A DNA stretch of 64,000 bases from a virus (taxonomy: Duplodnaviria; Caudoviricetes), in IMG/VR virus record IMGVR_UViG_3300043450_000376; one strand, written 5' to 3'. A model generated the notes under the pieces. That model worked only from the letters and a program-made list of their open reading frames with translations, had not been told where the DNA came from and made no database searches. The position numbers and the translations under genes were made by a program. Positions 10,013-19,871 of the stretch are shown here, piece by piece (the first letter of the stretch is position 1; each line of letters opens with the position of its first letter).

Positions 10013-10750
10013 GTGATACACAAGAGCATTTTAATAAAGTCCGATGGATTCTATCAAGTTGATTGGGATCCAGAAACTGGCCAGCCCATTAAAGAAACCA
10101 GAATAACTGGAAGACTATCAAGCTATTTTGGTAATTTTGCTGAATTTGATAATGACGTTACAGTTAGCAATCTTCTTTTAATAATTGGAGACTTTGCTGA
10201 TGAAGTTAACTTAATTTTTAATGGTTATCTTAATGAAGTAGATTTTGACCTTTTTTTACAAGAGGCGTATATGGCCTCAATTAAACAACCGGCGCTCGAT
10301 TATATCGAATTGGCGTGGAAAGTCAGAATGACGGCATCTTCGGATATGACGATTTTAGATATTGTTCCAAATCTACTTGGAGTTAGCACAATAGTAGGCA
10401 GTGACTCGGATGTTATTACTGACCTAGATTTTATTATGTTAAGGGACCTATGTAAATTTGTAATATGCGAACAGACTGCTCTAGATATTCCAAACGATCA
10501 AACTTATGAAATTGCAGTTGAAGCTGAACGCAGATGGACCCTATTTGATATTATTTCTGGGTTTTTGCTTGAAATTGCAAGGTACGGTTCGCCAGAAGAA
10601 AAAGAATATATGATTGACGAACTAAATAAAGAAGCTAAGCTTTCATTTACTGAATTAATGGAATATGTTGATGAAATTGAAGAGCTTAGTAAAGAAATAG
10701 AAATCGGCTCACCAGATGATTTCTTAGATGATGAGGACGATGACAACTAG
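10013..10750 (+). CDS. hypothetical acidic protein
   Basis: 245-aa ORF with acidic tail. Confidence 0.65.
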   Translation: MIHKSILIKSDGFYQVDWDPETGQPIKETRITGRLSSYFGNFAEFDNDVTVSNLLLIIGDFADEVNLIFNGYLNEVDFDLFLQEAYMASIKQPALDYIELAWKVRMTASSDMTILDIVPNLLGVSTIVGSDSDVITDLDFIMLRDLCKFVICEQTALDIPNDQTYEIAVEAERRWTLFDIISGFLLEIARYGSPEEKEYMIDELNKEAKLSFTELMEYVDEIEELSKEIEIGSPDDFLDDEDDDN

Positions 10751-10937
10751 TTACCTAATTCGGGTTCCAAATGAGTCCCTGGCAGTCACCAGAGTAGCCC
10801 TGGAGCAGCTAGAGAGTCTAATTGAATACGAATACCCAGGTGCCATTTTTACAGATCTTTTGGTATTATTAGATATAGAAAGGCTAGACCAATTGGTCTC
10901 GGCCATTTCTGGTATCACTATATTACAAGGATTATGA
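10728..10937 (+). CDS. hypothetical protein
   Basis: overlaps both neighbours in the same direction. Confidence 0.4.
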   Translation: MMRTMTTSYLIRVPNESLAVTRVALEQLESLIEYEYPGAIFTDLLVLLDIERLDQLVSAISGITILQGL

Positions 10938-11911
10938 GAAAAAATACAATTAAAGTACACTACACACCTAAACAGGTCCTAGCAAAGGACTCCGGTGGTA
11001 ATTTTAGCAAGTCTCCGCTAAAACCAAAGAGGTTACTTGAAAATTTTGAGGCAGAGGGATTAGGCGAACATTTTGATATTGTTGAAGATTTTACACCATA
11101 TACAAATAAAGATTTTAAGATTGCCCACACTAAAAGATATGTAAATTCATTCTTTAGTGGACAAAAAGGCTGTGAATCAAATGGACTCGACTGGTCTACT
11201 CAATTTGCAGAGTCAGTTCGCTATACTAATGCATCACTGCACGCTGCAATACGGGGTTCTATTGTAGAACCAGATCAGGTTCATTTTAGTCCAACTAGCG
11301 GATTTCACCATGCTCGACCAGATGGAGGCAGCGGCTTCTGTACATTTAGTGGTCAAGTTATTGCATCAATTAAAATCCTACAAGAGTTTGGATTAAGCGG
11401 AGCTTATTTAGATCTAGACGGACACTTTGGAAATTCGGTTGAAGATGCTAGGGCATTTGTTAAAGATTTAGATAAAGCTGTTCCTTCTGAATTTAATATT
11501 AATCCAATTGGCAGAGGTACTTCATATATTAATAATCTTAAATGGAATCTACAAAAATTAGAAGAGGCTATCTTAACTGGCCAAATTGGATATGTTGTAT
11601 GGTGTCATGGTGCAGACTCGCATGAATGGGATGATTTAGGATTTCAGTGTTCAACTGAACAATGGTTAGAGTGCTCTACAATTTTTTGGAATTGGGTTAA
11701 ATCCATGGATAAAAAGTTAGGCAGGCCTCTTCCAGTAAGTTGCGCTCTATTTGGAGGATATCGTAAAGACGATTATCAAAGTGTCTTGAATTTGCATACA
11801 GCGGACTTTGTTGAGTGCATGAATATTTTGCTTAACCTTGAGGTTAAATATACTATAAAGGTACAGCCAAAATATTCATATTCGCATGGTAAAGAAGAAT
11901 ACGTCCGATGA
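10934..11911 (+). CDS. Zn-dependent histone-deacetylase-family amidohydrolase (HDAC/AcuC-like)
   Basis: SGFHHA, GFCTF, LDLDGHFGNS, GADSH..DDLG, FGGY. Confidence 0.88.
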   Translation: MRKNTIKVHYTPKQVLAKDSGGNFSKSPLKPKRLLENFEAEGLGEHFDIVEDFTPYTNKDFKIAHTKRYVNSFFSGQKGCESNGLDWSTQFAESVRYTNASLHAAIRGSIVEPDQVHFSPTSGFHHARPDGGSGFCTFSGQVIASIKILQEFGLSGAYLDLDGHFGNSVEDARAFVKDLDKAVPSEFNINPIGRGTSYINNLKWNLQKLEEAILTGQIGYVVWCHGADSHEWDDLGFQCSTEQWLECSTIFWNWVKSMDKKLGRPLPVSCALFGGYRKDDYQSVLNLHTADFVECMNILLNLEVKYTIKVQPKYSYSHGKEEYVR

Positions 11912-12074
11912 GGAAATGGAAAAGGTCTTTAAGGACCTTGATAAGTATGGATATAATTCCAAATACTGGTCAAGAATAGATGAAGTAATCCACTGGTTAG
12001 AATCCAGGGAAGAATATGAAAAGTGTGCGGATCTTTATGACTATAAAAAGTTTTACATAGACCCCATAAAATGA
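11886..12074 (+). CDS. small protein with UVR-like motif
   Basis: ESREEYEKCADL. Confidence 0.55.
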   Translation: MVKKNTSDEEMEKVFKDLDKYGYNSKYWSRIDEVIHWLESREEYEKCADLYDYKKFYIDPIK

Positions 12075-12331
12075 TAACACACAAACTCTGCCTAACCCTA
12101 ACAATTACACTGCATGGACTTTTACTTTTTTGTATGGCATGCTACCTACCTCATCTACTCATACATTCTCCAGCATGGGTTGCATTTCCAGTAATCTTTA
12201 TGTTAATAAATTTTATTTGGACTGGAGGCGCTCAACCACTAACTGATTTAGAAAATTCATTTAGGGCAAAATTAGGCTGGCCCAGAATACACTGCTTTAT
12301 TGGACACTACCTTACAAACATGTTAAAATAA
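12071..12331 (+). CDS. small membrane protein
   Basis: two hydrophobic helices; PLTDLEN motif. Confidence 0.55.
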   Translation: MITHKLCLTLTITLHGLLLFCMACYLPHLLIHSPAWVAFPVIFMLINFIWTGGAQPLTDLENSFRAKLGWPRIHCFIGHYLTNMLK

Positions 12332-12357
12332 AAAAGAGGAGACTGGGTCTCCTCTTT
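12329..12357. terminator. intrinsic terminator
   Basis: AAAGAGGAGAC-TGG-GTCTCCTCTTT perfect 11-bp stem between convergent genes. Confidence 0.75.
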
Positions 12358-12380
12358 CAGTTTATCAATATTGGATAATC

Positions 12381-12677
12381 TTATTTAGGTTCGTCAGTTG
12401 GAGTTTCTTCGGTTAAAGTTTCAGATTTCTTACCTCCCACAATATTCTTAACACCAAGCAAAGCTGCTCCGATTGTTGTAAACATTACAGATTGGTTGAT
12501 AATGTCAATAGATTTATCTAAAAACATTTTGTCAATGCAACCTAATAGGAAACATAGACCTCCAATAAAAATAATGTAAACTCCAGCCGTTGAGGTAGAA
12601 GAAGTTTTGCCAGTATCGTTTGAAGTCATTTCACCAAATGAAAACTTCTTAATATCTCCGATTTTAGGTATTGCCAT
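12381..12677 (-). CDS. holin-like two-TM membrane protein
   Basis: 98 aa, two TM helices, charged C-terminus, late promoter at 12696-12703. Confidence 0.4.
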   Translation of the reverse strand: MAIPKIGDIKKFSFGEMTSNDTGKTSSTSTAGVYIIFIGGLCFLLGCIDKMFLDKSIDIINQSVMFTTIGAALLGVKNIVGGKKSETLTEETPTDEPK

Positions 12678-12694
12678 AATTAAAGGATTTTTTA

Positions 12695-13546
12695 TTATTT
12701 ATCTGATAAGTAATCTTCAAGGAACTCAGTAAGCTTCTCGGAATCAGATAATTCTGTGTAATCCATTTTGTATTGTTGGTTAAATCTTTCGGCTAATAGA
12801 TTAGAAGCCTTTGTTTTATTGTGCTGAATTAATAGATTAATACCAAGCCAATCTGCCTCCTGCTCCTGTCTTGTTGAATAGTAAGGTTCGCCTTGATGAT
12901 TTGCAATTGAGTGACCAATTTCATGAGCCTCAACCGCAAGCATATGATCCTTTGTAAAATATGATTCGCTTACCTCTGATCCATCAAAATAGATAGTTTG
13001 ATTTTCTAAATTGGCAAATGCAATTCCAAGTTTTTCAAAGTATGGTTTAGTAGTATTGTATAAACTATCATTTGGATAGGTAATAACTAGAGTCCAGCTT
13101 GGATCCAGTTGAGCTGACATTGTAATAGGTTCTTCAATACTTTCACTAAGGCTTAGGTCTCTAACTTCATCTTCAGTATCTTCGTTTCCCTTAAATGGAT
13201 CTTTAAAATTAACTTGGCCCTTGACTTTGCTTGCATTACGACCCATCATGTCTCTCCATAATTCTCTAACATCAGGCTGGCCCATTTGATCGGCTAACGC
13301 GGCTGAATAAAATCCTTTGTCTTCGATTTGCGCAATTTCAAACCATTTCTCAACTCCAATTCTTTTTCCGTGTTTATCACGAATTGAGGCTAGGTGCTTA
13401 AACCTTAAAAACAGGTCTGTATTATAAGTATCACCTATGTATTTACGTTGAGGATTCAGCTCAGACAGTTTTTTTGTATATGGCTTTGCTGGTGCGATTG
13501 CTTCGGTTATCCAGTCAGTAAATTGTTTAACTTGCATGTTTTGCAT
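12695..13546 (-). CDS. HExxH zinc-metallopeptidase-like late protein
   Basis: AHEIGH plus downstream EQEAD; leader MQVKQFTDWITE|A. Confidence 0.6.
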   Translation of the reverse strand: MQNMQVKQFTDWITEAIAPAKPYTKKLSELNPQRKYIGDTYNTDLFLRFKHLASIRDKHGKRIGVEKWFEIAQIEDKGFYSAALADQMGQPDVRELWRDMMGRNASKVKGQVNFKDPFKGNEDTEDEVRDLSLSESIEEPITMSAQLDPSWTLVITYPNDSLYNTTKPYFEKLGIAFANLENQTIYFDGSEVSESYFTKDHMLAVEAHEIGHSIANHQGEPYYSTRQEQEADWLGINLLIQHNKTKASNLLAERFNQQYKMDYTELSDSEKLTEFLEDYLSDK

Positions 13547-13622
13547 ATTGTTTAATTATCTTGTACTACATTATTATTTATCGTCACTAAGATAGATAAA
13601 CTAAAATAACGAGTCTATTCCA

Positions 13623-14246
13623 ATGAAACCTAGATTCCATGAAGAAGACGACCTGGAGTTCAACCCAGACGACTTTGACACAATTCCAGCTGCAAACTTT
13701 GATTTTGCAGATGAGTTTGAACCAATTGAAAAAGAAGAACCAGAGTATGGATCTGGTGATGAAGCTGAGCTAAAATCACTACAAGCTAAACTTAGAGAAC
13801 TTCCAAAAGGTCACCCTATGAAAAAAGATCTTGCAATTAAAATACTAGATCTACATAAAAAACTTTCAGCCGAAGATACTGGTTATAATAGCCGTAGAGA
13901 ACAGGCTGAAGTAAAAGCGCAAAGAGCGAATCAGAAAAAACAGCAATGGATTGATTCTGTAGTAGACGACGAGCCCTCCTACAATGGTTTTGAAAGTAGA
14001 CGTGTTATGAAGTGCTCAGACTTTATTATCTTAGAAAAGAAAAGAGCAGAAGTTTTAAAGGATGCCGATAAGAAATTTCCAAATCTAAAAAAAGCAGAAA
14101 TGAAAAAAATGCTTAGAGATCAGGAAGCTGGCTCAAAAGATTTTAAACAAAAATCTAAAAAATATTTTGGTTGGGCGAAGGATCCTGAAGCAGCAGCCGC
14201 TGCTTTTATAAGAAAAGCGACCGGCAAAGAACCAAAAGATCTTTAA
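13623..14246 (+). CDS. hypothetical protein (acidic N-terminus, basic C-terminus)
   Basis: 207-aa ORF followed by terminator. Confidence 0.65.
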   Translation: MKPRFHEEDDLEFNPDDFDTIPAANFDFADEFEPIEKEEPEYGSGDEAELKSLQAKLRELPKGHPMKKDLAIKILDLHKKLSAEDTGYNSRREQAEVKAQRANQKKQQWIDSVVDDEPSYNGFESRRVMKCSDFIILEKKRAEVLKDADKKFPNLKKAEMKKMLRDQEAGSKDFKQKSKKYFGWAKDPEAAAAAFIRKATGKEPKDL

Positions 14247-14258
14247 TTAAAAATTTAG

Positions 14259-14286
14259 AGCCGAGCGTAAAACCTCGGCTTTTTTT
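14259..14286 (+). terminator. intrinsic terminator
   Basis: AGCCGAG-N8-CTCGGCT + T6. Confidence 0.75.
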
Positions 14287-14290
14287 AGCT

Positions 14291-14773
14291 ATGTTGAGAC
14301 ATTTTTTAATTATAATTATCCTGTTTTTTATAACTAATTGGGCAAATGCTCAAATAGTTGTCGATAAAGGCGGAGACAGTTGGTCGACTAAAGTTGATTC
14401 AGCTCTAGTTTTAATTAAGAAAACTTCGCCGAAGCATTGGCAAATGGTTCAAGAATCGTGCAATCATATTTCAATGTGGAATGGAAAAACTTCAACTACA
14501 CAACCTGGCAAAGGAAGTGAACTGGGTACAATCGTAATATCCAGGGATGATTTTAAATTAAATTCAATAAACAATATAGCTGCAGTAATTGTTCACGAGA
14601 GCAAACACCTATGGATCTCTATTAATACTATTAATTATAGTAGCGGTAGTGCAGAAGAGGCAGACTGCTATTTATGGGAACTTGAATTTTTACAAATGAT
14701 TCCAAACGTTGAACCATGGTTAGTCCAACATGTCTTTAACCAATTTATTGGTAACACTGAACCTCGTAAATAA
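14291..14773 (+). CDS. secreted HExxH metallopeptidase-like protein
   Basis: signal peptide ...WANA|Q; VHESKH; EEADC. Confidence 0.55.
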   Translation: MLRHFLIIIILFFITNWANAQIVVDKGGDSWSTKVDSALVLIKKTSPKHWQMVQESCNHISMWNGKTSTTQPGKGSELGTIVISRDDFKLNSINNIAAVIVHESKHLWISINTINYSSGSAEEADCYLWELEFLQMIPNVEPWLVQHVFNQFIGNTEPRK

Positions 14774-14860
14774 AAAAGGGCAGAGATAGTAGCGAACTTT
14801 TCTCTGCCCAACCCGTGAACTAGTCCCGGTCCTAAAGTGAGGTATTAAACCTCAACTATC
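14772..14860 (-). ncRNA. candidate structured RNA/3' element containing 23S rRNA H69/H71-like segments and a terminator hairpin
   Basis: stems GGGCAGAGA/TCTCTGCCC (14778-14809) and TGAGGT/ACCTCA (14838-14854); GATAGT(14785-90)/ACTATC(14855-60); CGGTCCTAA and GTAGCGAA. Confidence 0.5.
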
Positions 14861-15496
14861 TTAATCTTTATCAGGATCTTTTTCGTCGTCGTCTTCTTCA
14901 TCGTCTTCATTTGGTCCAGAGATTTCGTCTAATTCTTCTTGAACTCTCTCGTGTAACATCCAAGTATTTTCATCTCGCCAATCGTTAAGAGTTTCTACAA
15001 GTTCACTACAAAAAGAGTCAATATCATCTAAATTATTCATGGAACCGCCAGTAAGATCTTCAATTGATATAAATTCATAACTACTTAAATCGCCATCGGC
15101 AATGTCTAATTGCGAAACGTCCTTTGAATCAATTTGAAATGCCCATGAATGGTTAAATCCTTTAATTAAATCTGTAACTGGGGCTAAGCCCAATTTCCAA
15201 AGTCTAACTAATTCTGGTGATAATTCGGATTCATCATCTTGAAAAGCAAGCCTAAGTCTAACTGCATAACTTGCATAAACCCTAGGTTCTTCGCCCTGAA
15301 AGTTTAGGTCATCAATATTCCAATCCTGATCAATATGTAGCGTGCTATTATTTTCATCTAGATATGCCCGGTAACCGCTCCAGCTATCCATACCATCTGC
15401 AATTTGTTCTAAGATTTCGTTAAATGCTGAATCGGCTGGTTCTTCTAGATAACCGTCGCTTTCATTTATAAATTGATTAAATCTTTTAATTTTCAT
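14861..15496 (-). CDS. acidic late protein with capsid-targeting-like leader
   Basis: MKIKRFNQFINE|S; RLWKLGL motif. Confidence 0.7.
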   Translation of the reverse strand: MKIKRFNQFINESDGYLEEPADSAFNEILEQIADGMDSWSGYRAYLDENNSTLHIDQDWNIDDLNFQGEEPRVYASYAVRLRLAFQDDESELSPELVRLWKLGLAPVTDLIKGFNHSWAFQIDSKDVSQLDIADGDLSSYEFISIEDLTGGSMNNLDDIDSFCSELVETLNDWRDENTWMLHERVQEELDEISGPNEDDEEDDDEKDPDKD

Positions 15497-15497
15497 A

Positions 15498-16787
15498 TTA
15501 ATCTAAATATTTTGCAAGTTTTCCAACCTCAGCGTAATCGCCTGCATCTAGAGCAGCATCCAGTAATTCCTGAATTTCTCTTTTACTTAATTGTGATAGG
15601 TCAGCTGGTTCGTTTTGAGTAGGAGCCATTCCAAAATCTGGAACCTCTTCATCAAATTGGCCTCTTTCCCAATCCTTTATCTCTTGTTGAATTTCTAGAA
15701 TAATATCTTTTATTTTTGCAGTTGCTCCAGCATCTTCACTAAAGATTTCTTTCATTAACTGTAAAAATTGCGTAGATTCCATTTGCATTAGTTTGCCAAA
15801 TACATGTTCTCTAATATTTTCAACCTCAACGTTATCTGTAAATCTGTTTATAAAATCTCTAAGATCTGCCGCTAAATATGGCCCATATCTTAAATCTTCT
15901 AATTCATCGCTAAGTGTTCCAGTACTTGCAATCACCTTTTCTGCCTCTTCTTCATCTTCGGGAATTGCAGCAGCACCAATTAATTTGTAAATACCTTTAA
16001 TTGTTTCATGTAATAACATTGCAAAATCTGTACCAAGTGCAGTAATGGTAGGTTCCATTTCATTAAGCGAATCTTCGATTTCTGGAGTTTGGATATCTCC
16101 ACTCTCTAAGGACTTAATGATTTCGTCTGCAGTTTGCTCGTCATTCTTAATTGGTTTCCAATCAACATCAACTGAACCACTAAATCCACTCTTATCTCGT
16201 TCCCACATCTGCTTTTGAACTTCCATTGGAATTCTCCAATCAAGTGCAGATGCAATATCTGTAATTTTCTTAAGAAGATCTATCATTTTTGCAGCACCAG
16301 CTGGTCCAAAAATCTTAATCATTCCATCCATAGTTTCAGGTAAAGCTAACATAAGTTTTGCATTTTTAGCTTCGCCCTGCATAATTGCATTGCCTATTTT
16401 ACGTTTATTAATTGCGGCAATTGTACCTGCATCAGTAATTTCCTTTTGGTCAGCTGGTGTTTCCATTTCAACTGGTTCCATCATTTGTTGGATTTCTCCC
16501 TCTTTTGGAAATTTAATAATTAATTTAGTTTGACCCAAGATTGAACCATACTGTTGCAAAATAATATATTCTGCAAGTTTTTCTAATTGAGCCTTAACCT
16601 GAGGGGTTTGCATTTGCTGAACTTGTCCAACCAACTGCATAAACTGACCCATTTCTCTGCCCAGTCTCTGCTCAGTACCTTGAACATCTTGCATTGCTCG
16701 GCGTTCAACTCCTTTTAAATATTCGCCAGGCGTGCCAGGATTTCCCTGTAAACTTGCCTCTTGTAAAAATTGTTTTATTGTTTTCAT
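15498..16787 (-). CDS. late protein with capsid-targeting-like leader
   Basis: MKTIKQFLQE|A; 429 aa helical. Confidence 0.7.
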   Translation of the reverse strand: MKTIKQFLQEASLQGNPGTPGEYLKGVERRAMQDVQGTEQRLGREMGQFMQLVGQVQQMQTPQVKAQLEKLAEYIILQQYGSILGQTKLIIKFPKEGEIQQMMEPVEMETPADQKEITDAGTIAAINKRKIGNAIMQGEAKNAKLMLALPETMDGMIKIFGPAGAAKMIDLLKKITDIASALDWRIPMEVQKQMWERDKSGFSGSVDVDWKPIKNDEQTADEIIKSLESGDIQTPEIEDSLNEMEPTITALGTDFAMLLHETIKGIYKLIGAAAIPEDEEEAEKVIASTGTLSDELEDLRYGPYLAADLRDFINRFTDNVEVENIREHVFGKLMQMESTQFLQLMKEIFSEDAGATAKIKDIILEIQQEIKDWERGQFDEEVPDFGMAPTQNEPADLSQLSKREIQELLDAALDAGDYAEVGKLAKYLD

Positions 16788-16788
16788 A

Positions 16789-18420
16789 TTACTTAAGGAA
16801 TTCCTTTGGTGTAGTACCTAATTTTTTTAATTCCATTTCAAACCTCTTAATAACATCTTCAGCAGTTGCGCTTGGTTCAGGCTTAACTGATGGTTTTTTA
16901 GTTGGGATTGGCCCTGGTCTTGGTGTTACTTTAGGTTTAGTTACTGGCTCTTTAATTGCAGGTTCAGCTGCATAGAACTCATTTACAATACTTTCACCAA
17001 GTAGTTCTAAAATTTTAGGTTCACTCTTAACGGCATTTAGTAATTGTGGATATTTAAATAATCCAGTACTGGCATAACCTTTAATCTCATCTAAAATTGC
17101 CTTTGCATTTTGAATAACCTCAGCTTTGGTTTGAGGATTAATATTTGGAAGTAACATATTAAATAGTTTAGCAGAGAAAATTGACATTACACCAAACTTC
17201 ATATATAGAGTAACAATCTCTTCTTCCTTAACTGCTGGTGCAATTCTTTCCATTAGGATATTAAGAATTACTCTAGCAGATTCTTGGTCGTCTTCTGGAT
17301 TTACTTTATAACTTGCCTTAATAACTGATTCCAATACTTGGATTGGAGATTTTTTATCAAGGTTTAATTCAGTAATTACCTTTTTAATCATTGCTTCAAT
17401 TGGAAATACTGTAATTAAGGTTTTGATTAATTTTTCTGGATAGCCAAACTGGTTAAAGTGTTTAGTAATATCGTCAGTTTGTTTAACACTTTTATCATTA
17501 ATATCATGACTATATGTAACTTTACCATCATAGGAAATAGTTGTTCCAATTAGGTGACGTGGATCAGTTGGCGGTAAACCAAAATCAAATGTATTAATTT
17601 GCACAGCGCCTCCGCCATATGAACTATTATTAAAACTTCCTCTGTTAATACACCAACTTGCAACTGAACATAATTCCTTTTGAGCTTTTTCAGTTCGGGC
17701 ACTTAACATTAAGTAGCGATCATCTGCATAAATTACAGAACCTTCTGGTTCTAATTCTTCTAATTTATCAATTTTACTTTGAACATCAGAATTTAGGTAA
17801 CCTTTAACATAGCTTTCAGCATAAACAATAAAATCAATTGGATTAGTAAAAGCTTTTGCTTTCTTTAAGAGACGCACTTTAACTTCTTGACCTAAATCAT
17901 TCATGATTGTTGCTGCATTAAATAGTCTCTGTAAGTCTTCTTTTGGTAATTCTCTAGCAGCTCTACGTAAATTTCCTGGCAATTCGTTAAGAATCCATTT
18001 TGATTTACGGCGAGTTTCAATTTGACTAAACTCATCCATTAAGGCTTCAAATGCAGGAACTCCATTTACTTTATCTTGATTTGGAAACTCAATAAGTGGA
18101 ATTGATAATTCTCCAAGAAATTGGGAATTTGCTTTGATTTTATCAAGCAATTGCTGCAACTGTTCAAATGAAACTCGGTGGTCAAATTTAAATTTAACAA
18201 AGGTTGAAGCATATCCAGGAAGTGGCTGAATTAACTGAAGAACTTTTTTATAATCTTCATTTGCAAAAACTCTAGCCTGATCCTCTGGCGCAATTTCAGA
18301 AACTTCAATTCCTTTTGCTTGTGCAAAACGTTTTAACATATATTGCTTAGCTGCCTGAACATTCTCAGTTAAGAGTCTGCTCGAACGTTTCCAGCTATTA
18401 AATGATTCTATTATTCTCAT
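16789..18420 (-). CDS. late protein with capsid-targeting-like leader
   Basis: MRIIESFNSWKRSSRLLTE|N; ELCS.ASWCI motif; Pro/Lys-rich C-terminus. Confidence 0.7.
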   Translation of the reverse strand: MRIIESFNSWKRSSRLLTENVQAAKQYMLKRFAQAKGIEVSEIAPEDQARVFANEDYKKVLQLIQPLPGYASTFVKFKFDHRVSFEQLQQLLDKIKANSQFLGELSIPLIEFPNQDKVNGVPAFEALMDEFSQIETRRKSKWILNELPGNLRRAARELPKEDLQRLFNAATIMNDLGQEVKVRLLKKAKAFTNPIDFIVYAESYVKGYLNSDVQSKIDKLEELEPEGSVIYADDRYLMLSARTEKAQKELCSVASWCINRGSFNNSSYGGGAVQINTFDFGLPPTDPRHLIGTTISYDGKVTYSHDINDKSVKQTDDITKHFNQFGYPEKLIKTLITVFPIEAMIKKVITELNLDKKSPIQVLESVIKASYKVNPEDDQESARVILNILMERIAPAVKEEEIVTLYMKFGVMSIFSAKLFNMLLPNINPQTKAEVIQNAKAILDEIKGYASTGLFKYPQLLNAVKSEPKILELLGESIVNEFYAAEPAIKEPVTKPKVTPRPGPIPTKKPSVKPEPSATAEDVIKRFEMELKKLGTTPKEFLK

Positions 18421-19027
18421 CGTTAAAATAACCTTGTTTAGTTTTTCCTTTTACATAATATCTCCAATCTTCACGACTCTTTCTTTCAGCCATTTCCAAT
18501 TGATCCCAATCAATATGTTCAGCTGCCCATTTCATTGCAACTCTATAAAATTCAGTTTCATTCGAGTACGCTGATTTTGGGATAGCTTTCATTTCGATAT
18601 CCATTGAACCTATACGGCGGCCCCATACTCCAATATTAATTCCTTTAGGAGTCATTCTGCGAATTTTACTTGGACCGGGAAAAAATCCTATACCCCAACC
18701 AGTTGATCTTGTATAACCCGGTTTTGCCCAAACAAGGGTACCATTTAAGAGTTGAGTTGGGCTTGAAACTACTGCAAGACCTTTGGCCTTTAGTAATTGA
18801 GCTTCTGGTGAATCTAAAACTTCTCTAATTTCCGGAAGCGCTGTTCCTGCGTGTTCGCCTCTAGACGTAGCCGAAAGCATTGCATCCTTTCGGATATTCT
18901 TGGAATCTTGTCTATATTGATCTGTATCAAGTAAACCAAGTTCCTTTAATCTAGCAAGCTTGGCCAATTTCTCTTCGGAAGATTCGTCTTCATTGATAAA
19001 TGCACCAAATTTTTTAAAGTATGACAT
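18398..19027 (-). CDS. late protein with capsid-targeting-like leader and RLxxLGL motif
   Basis: MSYFKKFGAFINE|D...ARLKELGL; GATAAATA at 19049-19056. Confidence 0.7.
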   Translation of the reverse strand: MSYFKKFGAFINEDESSEEKLAKLARLKELGLLDTDQYRQDSKNIRKDAMLSATSRGEHAGTALPEIREVLDSPEAQLLKAKGLAVVSSPTQLLNGTLVWAKPGYTRSTGWGIGFFPGPSKIRRMTPKGINIGVWGRRIGSMDIEMKAIPKSAYSNETEFYRVAMKWAAEHIDWDQLEMAERKSREDWRYYVKGKTKQGYFNDENNRII

Positions 19028-19098
19028 TGAATTTATCCTATTTGTAGTTATTTATCCAGATCTAGTACTATTAGTCTGACATTAGGTATAATAGAATT

Positions 19099-19317
19099 AT
19101 GATAGAATTAGGAAAACTTTTTACGTATTTGGTTTTAGTAGTAACATCTGGCTCAGGTACACCAGATTTTCAAGGTACATACCAATATAGTGTATATGAT
19201 GCAGAAACCTGTATTGAAGGAACTGTGTATTGTAGAACTGCACACCAGGCTGGCGATACTATTAGAATACAGATAGAAAAACCACAAGTTGCACGAAAGG
19301 TGCCAGTAAAGAATTAG
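19099..19317 (+). CDS. hypothetical protein
   Basis: follows GGTATAAT motif. Confidence 0.5.
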   Translation: MIELGKLFTYLVLVVTSGSGTPDFQGTYQYSVYDAETCIEGTVYCRTAHQAGDTIRIQIEKPQVARKVPVKN

Positions 19318-19871
19318 TAGTTACCTTGTACAATCATAAATTCTAGTTCGCCAAGATCGTCAACACCTTGTTCGTTCATCCATTCACGGCGTTGGTCCCA
19401 CTCTACTTCGTCCTCCGGATCGCCAAAATCAATATGCTTATTGATAATTTCGCTAGTTTTTCTTCTAAGAGCTTGGATTGCTTGGTCAATTTCTGGATCG
19501 CTACCCCACTCGTCTATCATATTATCCCAACGCTCGTCAAATTCTTCCTTAGGCGCAAGCCCTAGGTCTCTAAGGCGGTCTTCAATTTTAGCAGAATCCT
19601 CTTCACTTTCATATACGTCGCCTCCTTCATAATCGGCGTCAGCTTCTTCTGGAGTTGCAAAATCGCCGCAGTCTGAACAAACGCCGTAGTTTAAATTAAA
19701 TTGAGCTCCACAACAATTTGAGTGTAGACCTTGCCAAGAAGTTGGATCGTCTAAATCAATTTCACGCTTAGGGCGCAGGCCTAATTCACCTAGTCTGGCC
19801 TTTATCTTTTCTTCTTCTGGAGAATCAAAGACCCCTTCGTTAAGAAACTGTTTAAATTTTAGTGCTTTCAT
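19314..19871 (-). CDS. late protein, two RLxxLGL modules flanking a Zn-ribbon
   Basis: MKALKFKQFLNE|G; SNCCGA..GVCSDCGD; ARLGELGL and DRLRDLGL. Confidence 0.7.
   Translation of the reverse strand: MKALKFKQFLNEGVFDSPEEEKIKARLGELGLRPKREIDLDDPTSWQGLHSNCCGAQFNLNYGVCSDCGDFATPEEADADYEGGDVYESEEDSAKIEDRLRDLGLAPKEEFDERWDNMIDEWGSDPEIDQAIQALRRKTSEIINKHIDFGDPEDEVEWDQRREWMNEQGVDDLGELEFMIVQGNY

Noticed and set aside
14772-14860. A true rRNA gene fragment
   Set aside because: Only short permuted segments match 23S rRNA; there is no extended rRNA homology
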